From Pseudovirgaria hyperparasitica (Eukaryota), in assembly GCA_010093815.1 (NCBI GenBank), contig ML996590.1: 64,000 nt of DNA; one strand, given 5' to 3'. A program made the translations under genes and the position numbers. The first letter of the stretch is position 1. Each line of letters starts with the position of its first letter. Positions 49,596 to 59,880 of the stretch are shown here, in pieces. A model generated the notes under the pieces. The model was given only the letters and a program-made list of their open reading frames with translations, did no database searches and had not been told where the DNA came from.

Positions 49596-50177
49596 CAGGC
49601 AGCCCAGTGGAGTAGAGAGGGGTGCGATCAAGATATGCAACCCCGTGATTCAGGAAAAGTTGCTGAAAGGGATTGTGATGATCAGACCAGATATGTGAGA
49701 TGCGTAGTGGTGTGGCGCGAAGTGGTCTGCGCGTTGACGATGAAATATGTAGTTAACAGTCGTTTGTACGTATAACATGGAACTAAAGGGCTGATCCTTT
49801 CTGAGATGTCACTCAGCAACTTCGAATGGCACTTGCTGAGGAGTCCCCTACTGAGGAAAGACCATGCGATGGCGATATACACAGTAAGATCGGCGAGAGT
49901 ATGAGCGTCAGGGTGATGCGTCTCTTAAAATCCACTGGAAAGCTCGCTTAGCCGATTTCAGAAGAAGAGGGCTCGAGCAATATACTAGATAAAGGAATGT
50001 AGAGCTTGCCACCGTCTTCGATAGACTTTTAACAATCCCCGGTCTGTGGCCTGGGATGAGATTAAGCGTTATCCTAGATCTTATTAGCATGAAATGTGAT
50101 GAAGTGAGGTTTCCAATGGAACCACCAGACGTGATCATATACAATCCGTTGGCAGCGCACAAACGGCCACAGGCAAC

Positions 50178-50759
50178 GTGATTGATGAGGTTCAAAACAC
50201 GGCCGGTAATATCATTGACAAAGCAAAAAACCCGACCAACATCGCTTTACCACGGAATATCACCATTGGCATTCAGAGCTACTGTGTCAACTTAGACAAT
50301 AATACGACTTGTCGAGATCTTCCCCTGGACTTGTCCTCTCTACTACCCGCGAACACACTCCATGTCCTCGAGTCTGTTATGCCAGGCTTTTCATCACTAG
50401 CCGAGAAGCTAAATCGGTTTACAGTCCCGATCTTCTTGTACATACTCATTGCCGGGATCATGTGCTCATTCAGTCTCTGGCTGGCTTGTATTGTTTTCAT
50501 ATTCCAAGGCACTTTGATCTATGTCCCAGGTCTAGACTCGAAGAAGGTCAGAGGGGGGATGGCGCTCCTTTTCAGTTTGCTTTGCCTTATGATCTTCGCG
50601 GTGATACTCGGCTTTTTATCGAAGCTTGTTAGCATTTCGGATTTGCTCCCGTCATGGATTGACTTGAGGTACGGTAGTTTGAAGGATTTAAGCATTGGCG
50701 CACTCATACCGGTAATTTTCACGGTAATGACAAGTACAGCGATTCTTCGTTGGGGCTGA
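50178..50759 (+). CDS. Membrane protein, SUR7/PalI-like (5' end uncertain)
   Basis: PRNITIGIQSYCV...TC.DLP loop followed by three hydrophobic helices. Confidence 0.5.
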   Translation: MIDEVQNTAGNIIDKAKNPTNIALPRNITIGIQSYCVNLDNNTTCRDLPLDLSSLLPANTLHVLESVMPGFSSLAEKLNRFTVPIFLYILIAGIMCSFSLWLACIVFIFQGTLIYVPGLDSKKVRGGMALLFSLLCLMIFAVILGFLSKLVSISDLLPSWIDLRYGSLKDLSIGALIPVIFTVMTSTAILRWG

Positions 50760-50885
50760 GGAATTTTCCCCACTTGTGACCCCAAACCCACTGCTACCTC
50801 CATAGGATAACCAAGGACCAGTTTGAGAGGAATGCTCACCACACTTCCGCGTTTGCCGGGGCAGCAAAGCGCAAAAGTCATTCAC

Positions 50886-51224
50886 GTATTTGCCTCGTAG
50901 CCTAGCAATGTTCAGATCGGGGGAAGGATCGTCATAATCATCCGAGTCCAAGGACGTCGTACGCATACGCATAGGCAGCTTCCTTGCGAGGGTTAATGAC
51001 ACCCCTAATCGGTTTATCTTCATGCAGAACTGCACTCAATGCAATGATTGCATCTGTTATGGTCCCTGCAGCCTTTGGTGGCCGAACATGGCTTTGTGCA
51101 GGCCGTGCGTAGATCAGGACGGCTGTGGGCTTGCCCTCGTCAACATTCGTTCTCTGTCTTTTCTTCGGTCGATGATGATATAAGGGGTTCTAAGGAATAG
51201 GTAGTGGAGGTTTTGTATTGGCGG
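50886..51224 (-). pseudogene. Third, collapsed copy of the C6 transcription factor
   Basis: Contiguous pieces match 9700-9757, ~10509-10523 and 10683-10936. Confidence 0.85.
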
Positions 51225-51227
51225 AAT

Positions 51228-51587
51228 ATCCGGATGCCTTTGGGCTTTATATCTATGACGGACTGTGCGACATCTCTCGGAGATCTTGCTGCTCATACAT
51301 TTGTTTCCCAAATTCATGGTGATGCTGACCTCGAATGGTATGTCATGTACGTCACGCGGACTACTCGCGTACTGTTGTGGAATGATCTGTATTGTACATA
51401 GCCTATCATCCCTCTGTCGCAATCACATCATCGGCTACCCTATCTCTTCTCTGAACCAATTTCAACTTCTTGGAACGGGGGCAAGTCTCGAATGGTTTTG
51501 GCGTTACGCGAATCGGAATGGGGTAGTTCTGGTCCTGTTGGCCTTGTTAGTACATTCTCCCAGATGGTCAGCGCCTTCATCTTACTA
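51228..51587 (-). repeat. Inverted copy of 31669-32028
   Basis: Reverse complement aligns by eye. Confidence 0.9.
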
Positions 51588-51833
51588 GCATCTTCAGATC
51601 TGTCAGCCAAGAGACACCGTCCTCGGAGTCACATATATAAATCTTTTGACCGCGCCTTATGACGATGAAGATATCTGCGCCATAGCCTTGCGGAACTTTT
51701 CATTGACCAATTTTTGGCCCATGGCTACGAGTCAGGTAGGGCTATTTCACATAAAGTATCAAGTTGCGAAGTATACCCCAGGTAAAGAGCTCATACGAAG
51801 TGACTTACGGTAATGTATGCTCAGTCACTAAGG

Positions 51834-51916
51834 CTTTACTGAGCCGCAGACTTTACTGAGCCGTCACACTTTACTGAGCCGTCACACTTTACTGAGCCGT
51901 CACACTTTACTGAGCC
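51834..51916 (+). repeat. 17-18-bp tandem repeat CTTTACTGAGCCGTCACA x5
   Basis: Directly visible; extra ACTGAGCCG at ~51953. Confidence 0.9.
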
Positions 51917-52164
51917 ACTACAATATTCAACGCTAATATCGTTACGATTGAAACTGAGCCGTGAGAGATTCTGTCCTGGTGACTAGTCGCCAGCTGATCA
52001 TGAAACCACATCGGCTTCCACCTGCCCTTTCCAGCGAAGAATTTCAGAAGTGGACTTGCCGAGGCTTCATATTGAAGTCCTGCCCCAAAGTAGACTGGCC
52101 TTTGGACTGTCGACAAGCCTTACCAAATCTGCGACTCGGTACTCATACTTGATAACGAGGAAGT

Positions 52165-52475
52165 CCAGAGTATGGACAGCCCAGATCTTTTGGCGTTTAC
52201 AGACAGCTTGCAGAAATCAAGTGCATCGCAAGACGCGCACAGATTCAACACGGCTTGGCTGCAATGGCAGGCGTTCATTAATGATGTTCGAAAAGTCAAG
52301 GTTATCACAAGTGTGTTGAAGCATTAGTTGGAAAGGACGAGCACTCGAAAGAAGATGGTAACAGTCAAGTACCAGTTCAATATGGGCTACTATCTTCTCG
52401 CAAGAACTGGAGTCACCTGCGGCGAAGCCCAGCCCCCATTCGTCCTTCTCACTGTACCTGGCGGGCATATGATCA
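52165..52475 (+). repeat. Degenerate coding segment duplicated, with a deletion, at 54861-55069
   Basis: CCCAGATCTTTTGGCGTTTA...GTCAAGGTTATCACAAGTGTG...TGTACCTGGCGGGCATATGATCAA shared; the + frame VITSV.KH..ERTSTRKKM..KYQFN.GYYLLA is conserved. Confidence 0.8.
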
Positions 52476-53188
52476 ATTTGTCCCAGGTCTTTGGACTGAC
52501 TTAAGATATCCTCGGGCGCAACGAGTATATCGAAGTCGGCCAGTATACCAGAAGCGCTCTCGCTCCCATTGCAACTCTTCTCTGAACTCGAGACTCTCAG
52601 ACAACCAGACTTAACAGGTTGAGGGTGCGAGATTGGCGGAAAGTCGACTCCCTTTTCCGAACGGATTAGCCCCATACTGGATAGGTAGGGATACACTTCT
52701 AGGCATACCGACAGTGAAAGCCCCTTAAGTATAGTAGAAAAGCAGCTATAAATAGAAGAGGCACGGAGTGAAAGTGACAAGATCCGGTCCGAGATCCGAA
52801 GCGGGCCGTCATTACAGCTGATCTCTTTACATTTCATTTCTAGTTAGTACTCTCGATACAGCATTGAACAGACTTTTGTGCGTGTGCGAGATAGACAGAT
52901 CGTCCGACACCCGAGATTCCGTTACCGGTCGTGCAAAGGAAGTCCTCAGCCGTCTGCTTGATCCTAGTATACGCCTGGATCCCCGAAACTGGGCCAAGTT
53001 TGCTAAATATAGCATCATACTGTATTGCACCCGGACGCCTTTGAAATCGTAATCTTTTTTTGGTAGCACATCGTTAGCATAGCCCATGAAACATGTTTGA
53101 TGATACACAGGGATGATTCTAAGCAATGTATAGTATAAAACCTGTTTGGTCAAGCTAGAGGGCTGCTTGGGAGATACTTCGTACAACG

Positions 53189-54098
53189 ATGGATGACCAG
53201 TCTTGCCGTCCAAATATGAGTATCTACAGCATCACGCCTCCAGACAGCGAAGTTGCGCTCTGTGCTGGTGGCCCTGACAACCTTAATGCCACTTGGGAGA
53301 ATTGGACCTTTCCTTCGAGCTCTCCACCGGCGATCTTATATCGAAACAACCTAGGGTCTGGACACATGACAGCTGATTCCTCCGACTTGTTCGCTGACGT
53401 CAATGAATACTCCTTTGAGCCGGACTTGAATCTTCTGAGGGCACAATGTCAATCTCCGTGGCCAATCGAGTTCCAACAAGAAAACTGGGAGTCGCTGCAG
53501 GAGACGACCGCAACATGGAACACCACGTCAGAAGATATCTCTTGGAGAGAATGTGAGCCTCGGGTCGTCCAGACAGACCCATATCATGGACTCCCTGAGC
53601 AGGTAGCATTGCTCGAGCTTCGTATGACCCAGGAAGAGTATTGGACAGATCAGCTCCAGCTCTGTTCTACTCGGCTGGATGCTCGAGCATTTGACTTGGA
53701 AAAGAAGTCAGGTTCCTATCAAGGCAGGATTGACTGCCTGGAGGAGAAAGTAATTGCACTAGAGGGAAGCAGAGAGTTGCTACAGCAAAGCAACGCACAA
53801 CTCGAAAAGCAGATGAATTCTGCATCAAAGCAGATTGACCGGCTCACGGAGCAGAACACGGCGCTCCGGTGGTAAGTTGACTGTGCTCTACCTGTCCCCG
53901 CATGAGGTCTCATGGGCTGATGGTACACGAAGGGATCTCGATAGCGTAAAAACGTATCTCGAGCAGTTCCAGGACTGGTCCTTTGAACTCAAAAACTCTG
54001 TCGACTCGATCGCGAGCAGTTGCAAGCAGCAAGAGGACGACGGTTCGGAACGGAGACTAATAGCTCTGCGACCAAGAAGCGAGACAGCATCGGTTTAA
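53189..54098 (+). CDS. Hypothetical coiled-coil protein, 2 exons
   Basis: 228-aa ORF with long heptad region; intron from ~53872 (GTAAGT..CTGAT..AAG) continues into DLDSVKTYLEQFQDW. Confidence 0.6.
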
Positions 54099-55629
54099 CC
54101 TCGGGCTTATCTGAGACTGTCGGTGATGGCATTCATAGTTATCTACAGACAGGTCCCTATCGTAATTATCTGAGAGCTGTATAGCTGCATAATATAGTTC
54201 AGCCTAAGATAGCCTGTTGCATTGTGCTTTGACGCCTTATGTATCCGAATTCGACGTAGGTTTCCGAATTCAGCTAGGTCTCGTGCCCATCCAGAAACCG
54301 CTTCATCGGCAACGTTAACTAAGTGAACGTCAAGTCATGATATAGGACGTCCGACTAGGAGCTTATACGTGTTTCAGCTCGATATGAGCAACTTCAATAT
54401 TATTTGTTTCATATGCCAATTATCTCATGATCAAATTGTAAATTTATCGATATATGACATAGCTAACGCAGATCTTATATTACCTTCGAAAGAAATCAAT
54501 GCTCAGACAGAGTGAAACTCCACACAGCAGTAGGGACAGTGATGTTGACAAGTCATGCCCGGTACTTGTTACGTGGACAGGATCGCCTAGCATTACTGTT
54601 GGGAAAGCCGTGCCCCCGACAAAAGACCCTGTTCCAGTGCCCCAAAGAACACTCTGCGTCGAGTTTGGGTATGGATATGGAACTTTGTTTGACAAGGGTG
54701 GCGCAGGTGAGAGTGGAGAGAAGCGAGCGACATCAGAAGTGTCGAGGACAGAGCTTGGCATCAATGGGTCATCGATCTGTGAGCTTCCGTCCTCTGCTCC
54801 TCTCCAAGTGGTTTGACGAAGCTCCGATGACGATGACGTCAGGGTTGGCAAATTTTTCAGAAGTGGACAACCCAGATCTTTTGGCGTTTATAGACAGTCA
54901 AGGTTATCACAAGTGTGTTCAAGCATTGGGTGGAAAGGACGAGTACTCGAAAGAAGATGGCAACAGCTAAGTACCAGTTCAATACGGGCTACTATCTTCT
55001 CGCCGTTATGACTGCGTCATCACAAGCTCACATTCGTATTTATCTTTGTACCTGGCGGGCATATGATCAAACGTTTCTCTTTCTAGTCACCATGCCTGTT
55101 ATATGTAGGACTCCTGTTACATCTCTATAACTTACATTTCATCGCAGCCAGCCTAGAGACTTGCCTCGGAGTGAGAGCAATGAATGGGAACACGGACTAA
55201 ATTAAGCTGATCAGACTACATGTACATTGCTCAGGTCTTACTTAGCTAGACTAGACAGGACTGTCAATCAACTTTGTCACGCTTTACTCTACCGAAGTTC
55301 CCAGATTGAGAGGGCGCAGGCTCCACGTGCCTAACGTTGCGTGGCATTTCGCTGATAAACTGCATTATACCTTGCAGTGATGAGGGCGCGCAGGAAGCTC
55401 TCTGCATATCCACGTACTCTGGTAGGAGGCTCAGCAAGTTCTTGGCAGCGTCAATTCCGTAGCGGCTTAGTCGTTGGTAGCTTCGCCCCTCAGGCATGTT
55501 AGGAATAAATGAAAACCCCCTTCCATAAGAAATTATATTCTCTTTGATAACTCTAGAATTAAGACTCCAGAAAGCTTTCTAACTGTATCTAAAAGTATAT
55601 TTAGATATTATTAAGAAAACTTCCAATAA

Positions 55630-56540
55630 GAAGATCGTCATCGGCGCAGCCCTCACCGCCCTCGGTGCCGCCAACATCAGCCACGTCACCGTTGCCTTCC
55701 TCGGCGCCCTGAGCACCGTCATCGCAGGCCTGGTCACCTATCTGCGCTCTCGCGGCCAGTCAATGCGCGCTCGCATGTTCCGCGACGACCTCGAGCGCGT
55801 CGTAGATGAGATAGAAAACAGCGAAATCATGTGGCTGGGCATACAGAAGGGTGTACATGGCTACGACGAGATCGACGTCGACGAGGTCAGCGTGCGCAGC
55901 GAGGTCGCCCGCCTCACGCGTCTGTACGATCGCGCTATCAAGAACCACCTGCAGAGCAACCCTGAGGGGGTTTTTGAAACCTCAGTTGACCTTCGATTTT
56001 TGACGTTTCTGACCTCCAATTCCCGTTTTTCCGCCGAGTATTTGAAACCGTATCTCACCTCCAGCTTAAAACCCGAGCTGATGACCAGGGTTTAAAGACG
56101 GCGTGGTACTAAAGGAAGACGGCGTGGAACTAAAGGAATGTGGCTTCGGGATGGCTAAACTTACCTATATTAGGTATAGTTAGAGGTCAAAAATCGACGT
56201 TTTTGAGCAGCAAGTATTTTTCGCACGTCGAAAAACTCGAATCTATTCGATTTCGCCTATACTTCGGTAAATTAAGAGAAGCCTAAGAGAAACCATGGAT
56301 TTAGTATAGACGGACGCCGTCTAAGCGCTTAAAAATAAGGTTATTCTGGAGGTCAAAAATCGACCTGAGGTTTCAAAAACCCCCTGAGCTGCACCAGGGT
56401 GGTGGTGCCATGGACGCCACCATGGCCATGAGGGCTCGTCCGGTAGGATCGTCGCCTGCTGCCGCCCCGACGGCCCCTGGGCCCGAGGCTGCAGATGTGG
56501 GCGCTGTCGCCGCGCCCACAGGCCCTGTGCCCCCGTAAGA
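55630..56540 (+). pseudogene. SLATT (SMODS/SLOG-associating 2TM effector, fungal type) fragment interrupted by a MITE
   Basis: IVIGAALTALGA...LGALSTVIAGLVTYLRSRGQSMRARMFRDDLERVVDEIENSE; the frame continues (NP|ELHQGGGAMD) once the MITE and one TSD are removed; 5' end replaced by AT-rich DNA. Confidence 0.7.
55966..56384. mobile_element. MITE, PIF/Harbinger-like, copy 2
   Basis: TIR GGGGGTTTTTGAAACCTCAG ... CTGAGGTTTCAAAAACCCCC; TGA on both sides (55963-55965, 56385-56387); interior matches 3727-4154. Confidence 0.9.
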
Positions 56541-57218
56541 TCTTTGTCCTTCTCGGGAATTTTACCCCACGGGAATGAAGCGACTTCAGAGGTGTACATG
56601 GAAAGATGACTTGACTGTCTCAATTCAAGGGGGTCGCCTTTTTGACACGGTGTCATCAATTCTACGTCGCTCTCAAGAGTTAGATTCATTCATTCAAAAT
56701 ACAGGAAAAGATCTGTATACATAGTCTGAGCCTGACTATCTAAGAGATCGCGCAATCTGTCAGAGACAACGCTTTGAACGTGCCTCAATCATAATACTGA
56801 CTGAGAACAAAAGTCTGTGTGTGGGTCTCAATTATCCAAGCAGGGACAAAGCGCTCAGTGAAAACAAAAGTACCGAGGTCTACCAAACTGTGGTCTTGTT
56901 GTGCACCTCCGTCAACGGCGGTTGACGAGGTACTATTTCCACCAGCTTTGAAGGGTCATGCCATTCAACAGCGTAAACAAAGTGTATGTGCTCGCCTTCT
57001 TCCTTAACCCGATACCCAATCTTGAACATATCTGTAATTAAATCCACAGTCCATCCTGTAAAGCCCGCCCCATCTTGAAAATGTAGTTTGCATACTGAGC
57101 CTTCCATCTCTTCAACAAGTAATGGGTTCTCTCTCTCTTTGAAGTAGGGAGTTTTATTCTGAAGCCCGGTTTTAAGCCACATGTCTTCGAGCTTGGTGAG
57201 ATCTTCAAAGACTACTCA

Positions 57219-57435
57219 CTCATGCCTTACTTTCTAGACCAAGACCACTTCACGGAATGGGTCGTCCCATTTGCTTTTAGTTATGCTTCTTACGAGAGCT
57301 ATAATGGACAGGTTTGCTTCTACTATTATCGTCTTGCCTTTAGGGAGAGTAAAATTAGAGTTATTTATCCTAAGAAGAGTAGTTTATCGTTACCGTAATT
57401 GAGTCGTCGAAAGTCAAGGTAGCTAAGACAGAGCA
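57219..57435 (+). repeat. ~210-bp dispersed repeat, copy 2
   Basis: Matches 3045-3255; followed by a single CTGTAGCACTAC unit of the minisatellite at ~57456. Confidence 0.9.
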
Positions 57436-58116
57436 CATGACTCGGCTCGCGATTACTGTAGCACTACTGCCTTAAAGTAAAGAAATCGGCGAAGATACCA
57501 CGAATATGACAGCACCCTCCCATCCACGCTGATGCACTCCACCGCAGTCACCATTGTCCGTTTCTCGCCGGCGCCTCGATGCTCGGAACCAAATCTGTGC
57601 TTTTCTTGCTTCAGCTATACCTCTTAGAGATACCGACATCGTAGTGCATATCATGACCACGTGACTCCCGAAAGATGCGTAGCAGATTTACGAGGGAAAT
57701 ATTTGTTAGCTCTCTGCCGCAATGCATTCATCTGCAACCAAATCAGCGCCCCTGGTCGTCCCTCACTCGAAAGCTGGACACGAGGGCACGGTACTCTGCC
57801 ACACTACCCAGCAATCACTGTATTTGAAGAAGACATAGACAAAGAGGACAGGTCTAATATTATTTTTGATCAAGAAAATCCAAAAGCCAAAGGCAAATCT
57901 TTCCGTCAAGCTCTCGTCTCTGTGTGCTCTCTAATTTCGCGGCCTCGGCGTCCTCCTTGCTCTCTTCGCCGTCGGCTCCCTTCTCGAGTGAGTCTGCATC
58001 CGGTCTGCCTGGGAGAAGAAGGAGAAGAAGGAGAAGCCCTGGACTCGAACAGATATTACATAAAGCCTCCTGTAGTCCTCATCATGAGCGGTGGAGCTCA
58101 TTATGTAATCTTCGAA

Positions 58117-59560
58117 TTATAGAAAAGACAGCAAAAATCTTGCTGTAATGCGGCTTGTGTATTGTCGCCAGTTGTGCATGGAAACGGCCACGCGTGTCCG
58201 CTCTTCAAGAAAATTCCCTGGAGAAATTAGCAAAGATCCAGTGACCAAGGGGGGAATGAAATTTGTACTTTTGTCTTGGATGAGCGAACTTAGTTTCTGG
58301 AGGCATGTGATCATTCCCGGTTGAGTGATCTTCGCGCTCCAGTCATTTTTACAATCTTTGATCGGATTACAGCTGCGAGCATACTTCTTTTGGAAAAGCT
58401 CTATGATAATGTCGAAGCATCCGTCAATTCTTCGGACAGCTTCATTTGCGCTTTCCTCCGCGAAGCTCCTCTCAAAATCTCCTTGACCCACTCTACCATC
58501 CAGAATACTGTTAACATTCTTCTGGATGCCTTCGACAGCAATGGCTAAACCAAGAACGATAATGAACGCATCGGTCCATTTATCGTAGCCTTTACTACCC
58601 TCCAGCATGTTTTGCAGACGTCCTAGTAGCATCTTCACCATTTCTCTCTGTAATCGTGCGTAGAAATGTTTGATTTGTCGGTTCGCCAGACGCGGCGAAG
58701 TCTTGTCGCCGTAGTCATCTGGTCTATAGTTTGATAGCTTTGAGAGGATGTCAACTTTGTGTTCGTCAGGTATGGTCAAAATGTGTGCAACAATATAGGT
58801 GGTGATTATGAGATAATAAACTTCCGTCAGTAATTTCTCCTCCATGTTATTAGCAAGGTGTCCAACGACCACGTCACGGGCATGTGCGCTCATACCTATT
58901 CGGCTCCCTGAGTAGGGTAGATGTTAACTAGACACTCGAACATCTGTTTCGCGAATTCTTCCTTTTCACCCACATAGTACTGTCCGACAAAGGTGGGCAT
59001 GAAATGAGTAGCGATCTGTTTGACGTGAGTGTCATATTTGGTCTCATCCTCAGTAGAATCAATGCTCTGTAGCCCAAGTGGAGGCGAAGCCTTTTCTACA
59101 CGAATGTTTTGGCCCGTTTTTGCGTCCTTGAAGTGTTGGAATTGCCGTAACAATACAGGATTACTCGGCTTGAATTCATAAACGTCAACTTCAAGCCAGG
59201 GCAAGCGCCATCCTGGCATCAATTGGATCTTGATCATAGACTTTCCCCAATCATGGACATTCGTTTCGCACAGTTCGATTAACGTCTTTTTGCTGTGGAG
59301 GTCGGAAATCCAGGCTATAATCTGTTAGCACTGTTCAGTATACTCATGTTCGGAACATACGTGGTAGGGAGAAAAATCATAAGATCAGGAAGTGTATCAC
59401 GACAGCAGCCTAGTTTCCAATCATGACTTGGATTTTGAGATCGATTTCGCCTGGGTAGCACTGAAACGGTCTGCTGAGCTATGGCTCTAGAAGAGTGGAC
59501 TGCTCCTACTTCATATCTCTGAATCATGCAGGGCCAACAGACAGGTGCTTTCTGGTCTGT
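58117..59560 (-). pseudogene. Fungal regulator with Zn(II)2Cys6-like Cys cluster; 5'-truncated, with a nonsense codon
   Basis: CWPCMIQR...WKLGCCR Cys pattern and several GT-AG introns linking ORFs 58896-59237 and 58117-58893; TAG at 58896-58898 lies immediately before a GTATGA donor. Confidence 0.55.
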
Positions 59561-59689
59561 AACGAAATTATCCTTCGAGGCGGAGCTAGCTCCTTGCCAT
59601 GTAGGACCCGGATCCGAGAACGCCAATGGTAGATGTATAGCCTCGAAAACAGTCCGTAAAAAGGTCTCGAAATTTATAGTGCATAATCT

Positions 59690-59880
59690 ATCACGGGTCT
59701 AGCTAGGTATATTATATACTACCTTCTCTAAGTCTCTGCTTATAGCTCTATTCATTAATTCTTCTAAAAAATAATAAGTTAGAAAGATAGAAAGCGTCTA
59801 TAGCTATAATCTGATACTAATCTCCATTATATATTAGAGGCCCAGAAAAGAGATATAAGAAATAGGATCGTGTCTCTGTG
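59690..59880. other. AT-rich, TpA-rich relic (probably a RIP-degraded repeat)
   Basis: Abrupt low GC with TA/TAG excess; similar patch at 55500-55630. Confidence 0.55.

Noticed and set aside
52217..53213. Minus-strand ORFs of 206 and 128 aa as genes
   Set aside because: Comparison with the duplicate at 54.9 kb favours a disrupted + strand frame; no family recognised.
3727..56384. The two MITEs as ends of one 52-kb composite transposon
   Set aside because: Each has its own distinct TSD (TAC versus TGA), showing independent insertions.
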